A stretch of DNA of 64,000 nt from Candidatus Latescibacterota bacterium (lineage in GTDB: Bacteria; Latescibacterota; UBA2968; UBA8231): assembly GCA_965197905.1 (NCBI GenBank), contig CBDAOB010000004.1, positions 1,824,001 through 1,888,000 on the forward strand. Reading direction: 5' to 3'. How positions within the stretch are numbered: position 1 is the first letter of the stretch; the number at the start of each line of letters is the position of its first letter. Of the stretch, positions 42,722-52,525 are shown piece after piece. Under the pieces are notes generated by a model. The model was given only the letters and a program-made list of their open reading frames with translations, was not told where the DNA came from and ran no database searches. The position numbers were made by a program, and so were the translations under genes.

Positions 42722-44023
42722 CTAAAGACGACCGCCACTGTTGGCCCGGCGAATCCAAACCCGCACCCGTTTCATAGAAAGATCCAGCGAAGGTTCGACG
42801 TGCCGCAAACGCTCGATCACCTCACGCGCGGTTAACGACCGCAGGGCCGCGACGGAGGCGATGCCGGCCTGCACCAGGTGGTTCCCATAACGAACCCCGA
42901 TGCCTTCGTGAAGGTAGAGTTGTGTTATGGTGCGAAGATGCTGCAGACGAGCGGGATCGAGATCGCTTGCCAGCGCCTGCCAGAGAGCCGTTGCCCCGTG
43001 CCCTCCAAGCTCGGTGAGGTAGTCGACCCGGTGCGCTGCCAGGGCGGCGCGCGTGGCCTGATCCAACGGTACTACCTGCTCAACCCTGGGCGTCACTGAG
43101 GTGATCGTCCAACGGTCCATATAGCGGTACACCGCGAAGGAAAAAAACACGGCCAGGAGCACCACAGCCACCTGCAGGCTGGTCGAGGCGGGCGCCTGCT
43201 TGCGATCGACGAAATGTCCAAATGATGGCGCCAGGCGGTGCCATACCAGGAAGCGATACAGCACCGCGCACTCGAGTGCAAAGGGAGGGAATCCCAAAAA
43301 CCCCGCCACCGGCATCTCGAACAGTTTGAGCTCGTCGAAGAAAGGAACGGTGTAGATCCATTTGGCGCGGGCCCAGTAATTGAAGAATTCCCAAAACAGC
43401 CCGGCGAACAGGCCTGCCAGTAACATGCGCACCGTCGGTCCGTACACCCCCGACTCCAGCTGGCGCAGCAAACTGTCGCCGCCCCTTCGGTAATTCATGG
43501 GTGCAACGATGAGGATCGGACCGACCCAGATCAGCGGAAAGAAATACCGTGGGTAGAGAAGGGACATCGCCAGAAGGACAAGCCCCAAAAGCTGAAACAC
43601 CGTCAGCCGGACCGGGGTGATACGCACGGCCACCGATCTTACCTGCCTTGCGACCCCCAGTTGCGCCAGGTAATGATCGATCCAGAATATTCCGGGGAAC
43701 ACCGTAGCGAACGAAACGAAGGACCCCACCAGGCGCAGAAGGTCGTGGTCGGTGACGAAGATATAGTACCAGTTCTGCAACCGAAGGTTGAGCAGCTCGA
43801 AGAAGAACCAGCAGGTCGTGGACCACAGAAGAAGCAGGAAGAAACCGGCTCCGCAGCGTTTAACCAGCGACGATCCTTCGGTGCGGCGGATCAGCATATC
43901 CACCGTGTAGATCAAACCGACCCAGGCAAACAGATAGAACTCGGTGGCGAACGGTTCAATTCGGAGAAACATGAGCGCAAAACTCGCGCCCAACCACACG
44001 ATCCCAACCACGATACTGACCAC
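42722..44023 (-). CDS. Polytopic membrane protein with lycopene-cyclase-like W..FE..N...NW.Y repeats and a C-terminal HhH/DUF4332-like domain
   Basis: CWFFFELLNLRLQNWYY and FWEFFNYWARAKWIY..KLFEMPVAGFLGFPPFALE; GIGVRYGNHLVQAGIASV; AGGAGG RBS before GTG44023. Confidence 0.7.
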   Translation of the reverse strand: MVSIVVGIVWLGASFALMFLRIEPFATEFYLFAWVGLIYTVDMLIRRTEGSSLVKRCGAGFFLLLLWSTTCWFFFELLNLRLQNWYYIFVTDHDLLRLVGSFVSFATVFPGIFWIDHYLAQLGVARQVRSVAVRITPVRLTVFQLLGLVLLAMSLLYPRYFFPLIWVGPILIVAPMNYRRGGDSLLRQLESGVYGPTVRMLLAGLFAGLFWEFFNYWARAKWIYTVPFFDELKLFEMPVAGFLGFPPFALECAVLYRFLVWHRLAPSFGHFVDRKQAPASTSLQVAVVLLAVFFSFAVYRYMDRWTITSVTPRVEQVVPLDQATRAALAAHRVDYLTELGGHGATALWQALASDLDPARLQHLRTITQLYLHEGIGVRYGNHLVQAGIASVAALRSLTAREVIERLRHVEPSLDLSMKRVRVWIRRANSGGRL

Positions 44024-44171
44024 GTGAAAACCTTTCCTCCTGAATAGCGTACCAAAAAGAGGGCGTTTCGCTGCAGACGGTACGCCTTGAGAAGCTTCGG
44101 AGCAATCGGCTCGGCCCCGGAGTCTTGACGTTCGCCGTCCGCTCCCTATAGGTTGTGAATCCCGAGGCCCC

Positions 44172-46619
44172 GTGTTGACCACTTCGCTCATCGTTTCCGC
44201 GCTTCTTCTGGGCGCCCTGCTGCGCGTGTGGGCGCTGAATTTCGGATTGCCCTCCTGGCTGCACCCCGACGAATTCAGCTTCGTGTTTTTTCCGCTCAAT
44301 TTCTGGAGCGGCGACCTCAACCCGCACTTCTTTACCTATCCCACGCTGCAGTACTACCTGCTCAGTCTGGCCTACCTCTGTTATTTTGGGGTCCAGTACG
44401 TGGCGGGGAGTGGCTTGTCCGCGGATCAGTTCGTCGCGTTTCACTACTTCTGGGACCGCACCGAGCTGTTGTCGATTGCGCGATCCCTTAGCGCGTTGAT
44501 GGGCATCGCAACCGTCGGGTGCACGGCGCTGGTCGCGCGTGCGGCATACGGCCCGAGGGCGGGAGTCGTCGCCGCGTTTTTGATGGCGGTTTGCCCGCTT
44601 CACGTTCGTCAGTCGCACCTGGCCGGGGTGGACGCGGCGCTAACCTTATGGTTCACCGGGGCAGCGTGGGCGTCGTTGCGTCTGCTGCGGAAAAACAGTG
44701 CTCGCGACTACCTACTGGCAGGTCTGCTGGTGGGATTGGCCGGAGCCACGAAATATCCAGGTGCGATGGCGGGCACCGTCGTGCTGGGTGCACATCTGTT
44801 GGCGGGTCGGGGAGGAGGCGATCTGCGCCTCTACGGGGCAGGTGGCGCGGCGCTAGCCACTTTCTTTTTGTGCTCGCCCTATGTGCTGCTCGATTTCGAG
44901 GCGTTCCGCGCCTACTTCGAGCAGCAGGCGGCGCACCTCGGAGGGATGGGCGTCGGTGCTGCCGAGCTTGGTTGGTGGTATCACCTGCACGTCACGCTCG
45001 CCGACGGCGTCGGGTGGCCGCTCTTGATCCTCGGGACGGTCGCAGGATTCTGGCTAGCCCGTCAGCGCGGGCTCGAAACCGCCGTCGTCCTCGTCGGTTT
45101 TCTGGGATTATTTCTCGTCGTCGGATCTGGACACCGGCTGTTCATGCGCTACGCCCTCCCACTGGCACCGCTGCTCATCGTTCTTGCCGCCGGGTTGCTC
45201 GTCCGGATTCGCGGCAAAGCGTTAGCGGTGGCCGTTGTTTTGGTGGCGCTGCAGCCATTTTGGAGCTCGTTGCAGCAGGTGAGTTTGCTCGCGGGCACCG
45301 ATACCCGAGTTGAAGCGCGCCGGTGGATGGAGGCGAACATTCCAGCGGGGACTCCCATCGCCAATTTCGGTGGTTGGGCCGGAGACGTCGGTGTGCGCTC
45401 CTTCGAACAGCTATGGTGGGAGGCGTCCCTGTTCGAACGAAGGTTCGGACGCGAACGCCTGCTGCAGGCTCTTGATTATCTGGAAGGACTGGCGCCAGGC
45501 CCCCCGTACTTCAGCTACGGCATCCAGCGAACCAATCAGGAATCGGCAGCGGGCAGCTTTCCCGAGATCGAACGGCTGGATACGCCGTTTGTAGTGGTGC
45601 ACCGGCATCCGCTGAACGCCTCGAGCATAGATTCCGCTTTCGCGCTCGAGCTGACCCTACGGGGGCGTCGGGTTTTTGAGGCAAAAGTCGAAGGGCTGTG
45701 GTCTGGTGCGGTGGTGTTCGATCCCTTCGACGCCTTCTACGTGCCGGTATCAGGGGCCGGCAAGCTGGAGCGGCCGGGGCCGGAGATCGAGATCTGGCAA
45801 ATTCCAGGCGCTCCCGTACCCGAGCCGAATGCGCATACGGTTCGGGAGCTTTTCTCCCGCGCCTACACCCGCGGAATCACCGAGACCCTGCAACGCCGCG
45901 GTTTGCAGGAAGCTAATGATCTGCTCCAACGGGCGAGCCGGCTGGACCCGGAAAACCCAGAGGTCTACTTCATCACCGGTTATTTCGCCCAACGTGCCAA
46001 TAGTACGACGAAGGCGATCGAGAATTATGGCAGGTATCTGGAGCTGCAGCCCGCCAGTGTCGCCGCATACAATAACCTGGCCACTCTATATGAGGGCATG
46101 GGCGAAACGGATCGAGCCGAAGCCAGGCTGCTCGACCAGCTGCACCTGGCGTCCTGGAAACGATCGGCGCTTCTGGCGCTGGCAGGATTCTATCGGCGAC
46201 AGGGCGAGTTCGCCAAAGCGGCCCAGTTCTACACCGTGTTGACGACCCGTTTCTCCGCTTATGCGGAAGATCACGAACGCCTCGGGCTCACCTATGAGGA
46301 GCTGGCCCAGCCGACGGCGGCGGAATCTGCCTATCTGCGTGCGCTAAAGATCGACCGCAGGCGGGCTCGGGCGCACCTTTTGCTGGCGCGTCTTTTCCGT
46401 TCGCAAGGGCGTATCGCGGAGATGATAAAGGTGTGCCAGGCGTTAATCGGTTCCGATTCGAATCACCCCGAAGCACACCAACATCTGGCCTACGGCTTTC
46501 GGCACATGGGACAACGAAAACTGGCGGCGCACCACGCCCGTAGGGCAATCGCCTTGGCGCCGGAGGATTCCAACTTGGCGCCGCTGCGGCACTGGCTCCA
46601 GGCCGGCGGCGATCGCTAA
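44172..46619 (+). CDS. GT-C fold (GT39/ArnT/PMT-like) glycosyltransferase with C-terminal TPR repeats
   Basis: GLP..LHPDE, LNPHFFTYP, ARSLSALMG, PLHVRQSH, GLAGATKY, RYALPLAP, DTRVEARRW; TPRs AYNNLA..., AHQHLA. Confidence 0.88.
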   Translation: MLTTSLIVSALLLGALLRVWALNFGLPSWLHPDEFSFVFFPLNFWSGDLNPHFFTYPTLQYYLLSLAYLCYFGVQYVAGSGLSADQFVAFHYFWDRTELLSIARSLSALMGIATVGCTALVARAAYGPRAGVVAAFLMAVCPLHVRQSHLAGVDAALTLWFTGAAWASLRLLRKNSARDYLLAGLLVGLAGATKYPGAMAGTVVLGAHLLAGRGGGDLRLYGAGGAALATFFLCSPYVLLDFEAFRAYFEQQAAHLGGMGVGAAELGWWYHLHVTLADGVGWPLLILGTVAGFWLARQRGLETAVVLVGFLGLFLVVGSGHRLFMRYALPLAPLLIVLAAGLLVRIRGKALAVAVVLVALQPFWSSLQQVSLLAGTDTRVEARRWMEANIPAGTPIANFGGWAGDVGVRSFEQLWWEASLFERRFGRERLLQALDYLEGLAPGPPYFSYGIQRTNQESAAGSFPEIERLDTPFVVVHRHPLNASSIDSAFALELTLRGRRVFEAKVEGLWSGAVVFDPFDAFYVPVSGAGKLERPGPEIEIWQIPGAPVPEPNAHTVRELFSRAYTRGITETLQRRGLQEANDLLQRASRLDPENPEVYFITGYFAQRANSTTKAIENYGRYLELQPASVAAYNNLATLYEGMGETDRAEARLLDQLHLASWKRSALLALAGFYRRQGEFAKAAQFYTVLTTRFSAYAEDHERLGLTYEELAQPTAAESAYLRALKIDRRRARAHLLLARLFRSQGRIAEMIKVCQALIGSDSNHPEAHQHLAYGFRHMGQRKLAAHHARRAIALAPEDSNLAPLRHWLQAGGDR

Positions 46620-46741
46620 ACACTCTTCGAGCGGCAAACGACGCGGCCGGCGCTCCCTCCGAGCGCAGATTTTCTTATCGTATATTCCCGGGGTATCCCA
46701 CCCAGGTTCCTTTTCGCGACGGTGAAGAAGGTTCAACCAAC

Positions 46742-47515
46742 ATGCAAACCATAGAATCAGAAACCAATCCTTTCGGCGGCGTACTTCCCAAGCCGGAGGC
46801 GTTGCACAGCGATCCCGGCGCTTTCGCCGCCCAACTGTCCCACTCTGTCGAATCGTGGCGCAGGGACGGACATCGCCTGGTCTGGTTAGAGGTACCCATC
46901 CACAAATCTCAGCTGATTCCGATCGCCGTGGAGGCTGAATTCCAGTTCCACCACAGCACCCACAACTATTTAATGTTGACCCACCGCCTTGAGGAGGGCG
47001 CCTTCATTCCCGCTCACGCTTCGCACTACATCGGCGCCGGCGGGGTCGTGCTAGATGCGCGGGACCGGCTTCTGGTGGTGAGCGAACTTTATCACCGGGC
47101 CGACAACCAGCCACCGCGATATAAACTGCCGGGGGGCGCGCTTCACGAGGGGGAGCACCTGGCCGAGGCGGTGGTGCGCGAGGTTCGAGAGGAAACCGGT
47201 GTGGAGACCCGCTTCGACGCGCTGGTCTGTTTTCGGCACTGGCACGGATACCGCTACGGCAAGTCCGACATCTATTTCGTCTGTCGCTTACACCCGCTGA
47301 GTGCAGAGATCTTCATCCAAGAAGAGGAGATTGCCGAGTGTATCTGGATGCCGGTGGATGATTATCTGCAGGCGGAACAGGTGAGTGCGTTCAACAAAGA
47401 GATTGTGCGGACCGCAAGGAACAGCCCGGGCGTGGTGCTCCGGGAGATGGAAGGATACGCGGATCCATCGCGCTACGAATTATTTATGCCGGCCGAGCTC
47501 CGGCGAGCGCGTTAG
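46742..47515 (+). CDS. Nudix hydrolase with pre-Nudix domain (NUDT6-like)
   Basis: WRRDGHRLVWLEVP...FQFHH...IPAHASHYIGAGG; Nudix box GGALHEGEHLAEAVVREVREETG; FRHWH..GKSDIYF. Confidence 0.92.
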   Translation: MQTIESETNPFGGVLPKPEALHSDPGAFAAQLSHSVESWRRDGHRLVWLEVPIHKSQLIPIAVEAEFQFHHSTHNYLMLTHRLEEGAFIPAHASHYIGAGGVVLDARDRLLVVSELYHRADNQPPRYKLPGGALHEGEHLAEAVVREVREETGVETRFDALVCFRHWHGYRYGKSDIYFVCRLHPLSAEIFIQEEEIAECIWMPVDDYLQAEQVSAFNKEIVRTARNSPGVVLREMEGYADPSRYELFMPAELRRAR

Positions 47516-48491
47516 GTAGCACCTCCGGATTAATCACGTGTTGGGGCGTCCGACCGGAGAAGAGGTCCACCACCGACTGGCCAGCCATGTGGGCCATCTT
47601 GCGACGCGCGCTCAGGGTCAGGGATCCCACATGGGAGGTGGCGACGACGTTGGGTAGCGCGACCAACTCCCGGGACCGCCCCACCGGTGGCTCAGTGACC
47701 TGGCAGTCGAGACCGGCCCCCTTCAGGTGACCGTCCTTGAGAGCGGTTATCAACGCCGCTTCGTCCACCAATCCGCCTCGCGCCGTATTGATCAAATACG
47801 ATCCCGGTTTCATGGCGCCCAGGAAACGCGCATCTACCAGCCCCCTGTTGTCGTCGGTCAACGGCAGATGCAGACTCACCACGTCTGCTTGCTGCAAGAG
47901 TTCCTCGAGGGACAATACTTCGCAGCCCAGGGCGCGGATGAACTCGGCGTCCGCCCAGGGATCGTGGACTACGGCGGTCATGCCAAATCCGGCGGCACGT
48001 TGCACCACCTTGGTTCCGATCAGACCGCAGCCAACAATTCCCAGGGTCAAACTCTCCAGGTCCTCGCCGATAGGCGGCACCCATTCGCCACCGGATTTTA
48101 GATGAGCATCGTTGGCGGAGATGTGACGCACCAGTGCCAATAGCAATCCGAAGGTCAGGTCAGCTACCGTGGGCGCCATGGCGCCCGGCGTATTGGTAAC
48201 CACGACCCCGGCTCGGGTGCAGTGGTCGACGTCGACGCGATCGTACCCCACGCCGTACCGCGCCACGATGCGCAGACGGCCGGCTCTCGCCATGGTGTCG
48301 GCGTTGAAACGTTCGTTTCCGGCCACGATCCCATCGACATCCGCCAGCTTTTCGCGCGTGTCGTCGTCGGCCCAGTCGGGACCGCCATATTCATCGCTCG
48401 GCTCGAAGCCGGCCTCGCGCAGCACAGTTAGCACCGGGTTGTCGCCACCAAACTCCGTCCGCACACTAATGAGAATTCGTTTCTTGTCCAC
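47484..48491 (-). CDS. D-2-hydroxyacid (phosphoglycerate dehydrogenase-like) dehydrogenase
   Basis: ARYGVGYDRVD, TNTPG, GIVGCGLIG, LHLPLT, INTARGGLVDE, GLDC..EP, TSHVGS. Confidence 0.9.
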   Translation of the reverse strand: MDKKRILISVRTEFGGDNPVLTVLREAGFEPSDEYGGPDWADDDTREKLADVDGIVAGNERFNADTMARAGRLRIVARYGVGYDRVDVDHCTRAGVVVTNTPGAMAPTVADLTFGLLLALVRHISANDAHLKSGGEWVPPIGEDLESLTLGIVGCGLIGTKVVQRAAGFGMTAVVHDPWADAEFIRALGCEVLSLEELLQQADVVSLHLPLTDDNRGLVDARFLGAMKPGSYLINTARGGLVDEAALITALKDGHLKGAGLDCQVTEPPVGRSRELVALPNVVATSHVGSLTLSARRKMAHMAGQSVVDLFSGRTPQHVINPEVLPNALAGARPA

Positions 48492-48635
48492 AGTTGAATC
48501 GTTGACCGAACGGTCTTAGAATAGACACAAGCTCGTCGTGTAATCCGCGAGAGCGCCCAAGTATAGAGCGTTTCATTCAGGAGTCAAGCAAGGTCGATGC
48601 TGCTGCATATCGTCTCCAGATCCTGCTGTAAATCG

Positions 48636-49166
48636 ATGCGAATCCTCATCGGTGGGCTGGTCGTATCCGCGTTGGTCGCCTGTTCTCCCTCCGGAATCTT
48701 CCGGCGCGAACTGGTGTTCACGAGCGAGGATCTTCAGGCGAAACTGACACAGAAATTTCCGCGCAAAGAGAAACACCCGCTCATGGCCGTCACCTTCAGC
48801 AATCCGGAGATCCTGTTGGAACCCGGCGCCGATGCCATGGGGATTCGTCTCGAAATCAAGATGGCGCCTCGGTTGGGCAAGCAGCGCAAGGGCAAGGTAG
48901 TGGCAGAAGGCGGCATCGAGTACCGTCCGCAGCGTGGCGAGTTCTTCATCGTCAGGCCCAAGGTCATATCGATCGAGCTCGACGATCTAAAAGGGAAGTA
49001 CGAGAAGAGCGTACGGTCGGTCGCCGACCGAATCGTCGAACAATATCTGTCCGAGGTTGCGGTGTATCGGCTGGATCAAAAGGATTTCAAACAGAAAGTG
49101 GCCAAGCTGGTGCTCAAATCGGTCGACATAAGAGACGGCAAGCTCGTGGTCGTCGTGGGATTGTAG
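48636..49166 (+). CDS. DUF1439 (YceB-like) lipoprotein
   Basis: Lipobox LVA|C; LQAKLTQKFP, YLSEVAVYRL, LKSVDIRDGKLVV. Confidence 0.72.
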   Translation: MRILIGGLVVSALVACSPSGIFRRELVFTSEDLQAKLTQKFPRKEKHPLMAVTFSNPEILLEPGADAMGIRLEIKMAPRLGKQRKGKVVAEGGIEYRPQRGEFFIVRPKVISIELDDLKGKYEKSVRSVADRIVEQYLSEVAVYRLDQKDFKQKVAKLVLKSVDIRDGKLVVVVGL

Positions 49167-49172
49167 GGCATA

Positions 49173-50231
49173 ATGTTCAAGGTTACAGACGATCTGAGAA
49201 TCGCCGACTTGCGCCCCCTGATACCACCGGCAATTCTCATGGAGCAGTTCCCGATCAGTGAAACCGCCTCCAACACGGTCACCGCCGCTCGCGAGCAGGC
49301 AGCCTGCATTATCGACGGCGGCGATGACCGATTGCTAGTGGTGGTGGGTCCCTGTTCCATCCACGACCCAAAAGCTGCGCTCGAGTACGGGAGCCGGCTC
49401 AAAGAGAAGGCGCTGCGGCTACGGAGCGAACTGTGCATTCTCATGCGGGTGTATTTCGAGAAACCTCGCACGACCGTCGGATGGAAAGGGTTGATCAACG
49501 ATCCGCGGTTGGATGGCAGTTTTGCCATCAATGAGGGTCTGCAACTAGCCCGGAGCTTATTGCTGGAACTCGGCAATATGGGTTTGGCAGTGGGCTCCGA
49601 GTTCCTCGATACCATCACGCCACAGTTCATCGCCGACCTGATTTCCTGGGGAGCGATCGGGGCCCGCACTACCGAGAGTCAGATTCACCGGGAGCTCGCC
49701 TCAGGTCTTTCCATGCCGGTAGGGTTCAAGAATGGCACCGACGGCAACGTACAGATCGTCGTGGATGCCATCGGAGCCGCGCGCAACCCACACCACTTCT
49801 TGTCGGTCACCAAGCAGGGCATCTCGGCTATCGTTGCCACCGAAGGAAACGACAGCTGCCATCCCATTCTGCGGGGTTCAACGGTCGGTCCAAACTACGA
49901 CGAGATGGACATTCAGCGGCTGGGGGCGACGTTGGAAAAAGCCGGTTTGGGCAACCGGATCATGATCGACTGCAGCCATGGCAACAGCGAGAAGGACCAC
50001 ACGCGGCAACCGCTGGTCGCCGAAAGAGTGGCCGGGATGGTTGCTTCAGGGAATGAGAGGATCTGTGGCGCTATGCTTGAAAGCCATTTAATAGGTGGGA
50101 GGCAGGACAACAAACCCGGCGCCGAACTGGCCTACGGCCAAAGCATTACCGACGCGTGCATCAGCTGGGAGGAGACGGTCCCGGTTCTCGAGGTGTTTGC
50201 CGAGGCGGTGCGCCAACGGCGCGGGTCTTGA
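49173..50231 (+). CDS. aroG: 3-deoxy-7-phosphoheptulonate (DAHP) synthase, class I-alpha
   Basis: VVVGPCSIHD, RVYFEKPRTTVGWKGLINDP, GAIGARTTESQIHRELASGLS, GFKNGTDG, DCSHGNS, YGQSITDAC. The aroF/aroG/aroH isoform cannot be distinguished. Confidence 0.95.
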   Translation: MFKVTDDLRIADLRPLIPPAILMEQFPISETASNTVTAAREQAACIIDGGDDRLLVVVGPCSIHDPKAALEYGSRLKEKALRLRSELCILMRVYFEKPRTTVGWKGLINDPRLDGSFAINEGLQLARSLLLELGNMGLAVGSEFLDTITPQFIADLISWGAIGARTTESQIHRELASGLSMPVGFKNGTDGNVQIVVDAIGAARNPHHFLSVTKQGISAIVATEGNDSCHPILRGSTVGPNYDEMDIQRLGATLEKAGLGNRIMIDCSHGNSEKDHTRQPLVAERVAGMVASGNERICGAMLESHLIGGRQDNKPGAELAYGQSITDACISWEETVPVLEVFAEAVRQRRGS

Positions 50232-50263
50232 GACGGGCGCCTCAAGACCCCGGTCAGACCATC

Positions 50264-50785
50264 CTACCCGACAATATCTCCGCTGGGTCGTTCAATCTCT
50301 TTGCTCATCTGCTCTTTTGCCTGATCGAGCGAGGTGAAATGCCAGTCCTCGTAGTAGTCCCAACTGACCACCGCGTTTAGTGCTTCCAGCTCTCGCGTCT
50401 TTTCGTGCAGGTTGGCCCGAATGACATCGCCGATGGAGAGCAGCCCGATAAAATCCCCGTTCTTCTCGACCGGCAAATGGCGAACGCGCAGGCCGAGGAA
50501 CTTATCCATTAGATTGTAAAGGGTGTCTGTATGTGGAGCGGAATGCAACTCCGTAACCATGAACTCGGCGACGGTGGTTGTTTTCGGATCGAAACCCTCT
50601 TCGAGGGTGTTGCGCAGCAAATCCCGCTCCGTCCACACACCCACAATCTCTTCGTTTTCCCGAACCAGAATGGCGCCCACTTTGTTGGCGACCATGATCC
50701 GCACCGCTTCGTAGATCAAGGTGTCGCGGGTGACGCTGAGCGTTTCCCTGTTCTTTTCCCTGATGATATCCTCGGCGGTTTTCAT
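50264..50785 (-). CDS. CBS-pair domain protein
   Basis: VGAILV..GVWTERDL; RVRHLPV..GLLSIGDV. Confidence 0.92.
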   Translation of the reverse strand: MKTAEDIIREKNRETLSVTRDTLIYEAVRIMVANKVGAILVRENEEIVGVWTERDLLRNTLEEGFDPKTTTVAEFMVTELHSAPHTDTLYNLMDKFLGLRVRHLPVEKNGDFIGLLSIGDVIRANLHEKTRELEALNAVVSWDYYEDWHFTSLDQAKEQMSKEIERPSGDIVG

Positions 50786-50815
50786 GGTATCCTCCGATGT
50801 GTTATAGAAAAGGCG

Positions 50816-51505
50816 TTACTGCGATAGTTTCGAGGCGTACTGAACCGTTAGATCGACTGCATCCTCGATGGCGACCTTCGAGGTATTGATGGTCAGGTGG
50901 TACAACAGCGGGTTGTCCCAATTCGAATTGTGGTAGTTGTGGAGGTACAGTTTGCGCCACTTGTCATGTTGCTCGACCAGTTGTTTGGCGCTATCAAAGT
51001 CCATCTCCCTCGATTCCATGATCCGCTCGCACCGCTCCTTGAAGGGCGCTACAATCTTTATGTGCACCGCCCGCGGGTGTTCCGCCAGAATCACCTGGCT
51101 CGCTCTTCCCACGATAACCGCTTTGTCCGCCTCCCCGAAATCCTGCACCAGGGTGGTGATGAGTAAGAGGTACGCGCCCCGATCGAGGTAGGTAGCTTCG
51201 TTGCTGGAGCCACTCTCACTGATATAGGGGAACTCCAGCCCGAATTCGGGGAAGTACGCCGCCGATGCCAGCGGAAAGCCGCCCTGGCCCATCTCAGGTA
51301 CCAAGAGGCGGCGCAGGAAAAACTTGACCCGCCCTTCGCCCTTCTCATCCAGCTGCTCAACCTCTTCCGCCGTCGTATCGGTAATGGAAGCGATCTCCTC
51401 GACCAGCCTGCGGTCGACCAGCTCGCACTCGAGGCGCTCGGACAATTTCTGGGCGACCACGTCTCCGCCACTGCCGATCTGTCTGGCCACGCTGATTATA
51501 GCCAT
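50816..51505 (-). CDS. Cytidylate kinase-like family protein
   Basis: IISVARQIGSGG, VIVGRAS, R..Y...Y...WDNPLLYHLTINT. Confidence 0.88.
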   Translation of the reverse strand: MAIISVARQIGSGGDVVAQKLSERLECELVDRRLVEEIASITDTTAEEVEQLDEKGEGRVKFFLRRLLVPEMGQGGFPLASAAYFPEFGLEFPYISESGSSNEATYLDRGAYLLLITTLVQDFGEADKAVIVGRASQVILAEHPRAVHIKIVAPFKERCERIMESREMDFDSAKQLVEQHDKWRKLYLHNYHNSNWDNPLLYHLTINTSKVAIEDAVDLTVQYASKLSQ

Positions 51506-51678
51506 CAGGATGTCCTCAACGACAAGCCTACACTACCTTGTTAGAAACCGAATTCATTCGGCAGTTCCACGCCCACCCAAGTCCTCAGGTACCATAAAAA
51601 CAAAAAAAGGTACGATTCTCAAGTTCTAAGATTTCACCGTTTTCCGGGGGAAATGACCGCCCATGAGACACGAGGGCT

Positions 51679-52509
51679 TCAGTCGGTGGGGATGAGTTCG
51701 AGATTGCGCGTCAGGCGTCCCATGACGACCCTGGCGCCGTGGGCGAAGATCAGCAGCCACTCCTCTTCTACCGCGCGTTTTAACATCACTTCTTTGTTGC
51801 GCATGGTGTCCCGGGGGAAAAGGTCGAATCCCATGACGTAGTGGGTTTTCAGGTGTGAGGGCGTGGGAACCAGGTCTCCGAGGAAGCAGGCGATTTTGTC
51901 GCCCGAGCGGATTATCACCGACTTATGGTGCGCGGTATGCCCTGGCGTGGGGACGACCTCGACCCCATCGGCGATCTCCTCCGTTGCTGCGGTCAGCTTC
52001 AACTGCCCGGAGGTTTGGACCGATTCCCACGTCCACGGCAGGTAGCTCGAGCGGCTGCGCGGATCGGGTGCCTGCGCGTAAGCGAACTCGTTGCGGTCCG
52101 CGAAGTACTGCGCACCGGGAAAAGCCGGCACCAGATCTCCATTCTTGTCGTGAATACAGTTGCCACCGCAGTGATCGAAATGGAGGTGGGTCAGCACCAC
52201 CTTGGTTACGTCGGCGCGATCCAGACCGCGACCGGCCAATCCTCGATGCAGATCGGTCTCGTTCTTATCGACGGCGTAGAGGTAGGCGAATTTCTCATCG
52301 TAGTTGGAGCCCAGTCCGGTCTCGATGAGAATGGAATCGTCGGGGGTGCGCACCAGAAGGGTGTTCAGGCCGAGCAGAATGCGGTTGCGGTCGTCCGCGG
52401 GATCGGTTTTCTCCCAAAGCGGTTTTGGGATGCTGCCAAACATGGCACCGCCGTCGAGCCGAAAGGTGCCGTCGCTGATGACGGTCAGCTCGAATCTGTC
52501 CAGTTCCAT
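51679..52509 (-). CDS. MBL-fold metallohydrolase (YtnP-like)
   Basis: FRLDGGAMFGSIPKPLW, THLHFDHCGG, TPGHT, GDL, FAH. Confidence 0.92.
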   Translation of the reverse strand: MELDRFELTVISDGTFRLDGGAMFGSIPKPLWEKTDPADDRNRILLGLNTLLVRTPDDSILIETGLGSNYDEKFAYLYAVDKNETDLHRGLAGRGLDRADVTKVVLTHLHFDHCGGNCIHDKNGDLVPAFPGAQYFADRNEFAYAQAPDPRSRSSYLPWTWESVQTSGQLKLTAATEEIADGVEVVPTPGHTAHHKSVIIRSGDKIACFLGDLVPTPSHLKTHYVMGFDLFPRDTMRNKEVMLKRAVEEEWLLIFAHGARVVMGRLTRNLELIPTD

Positions 52510-52525
52510 GGGCGGTCGTCTGGGG

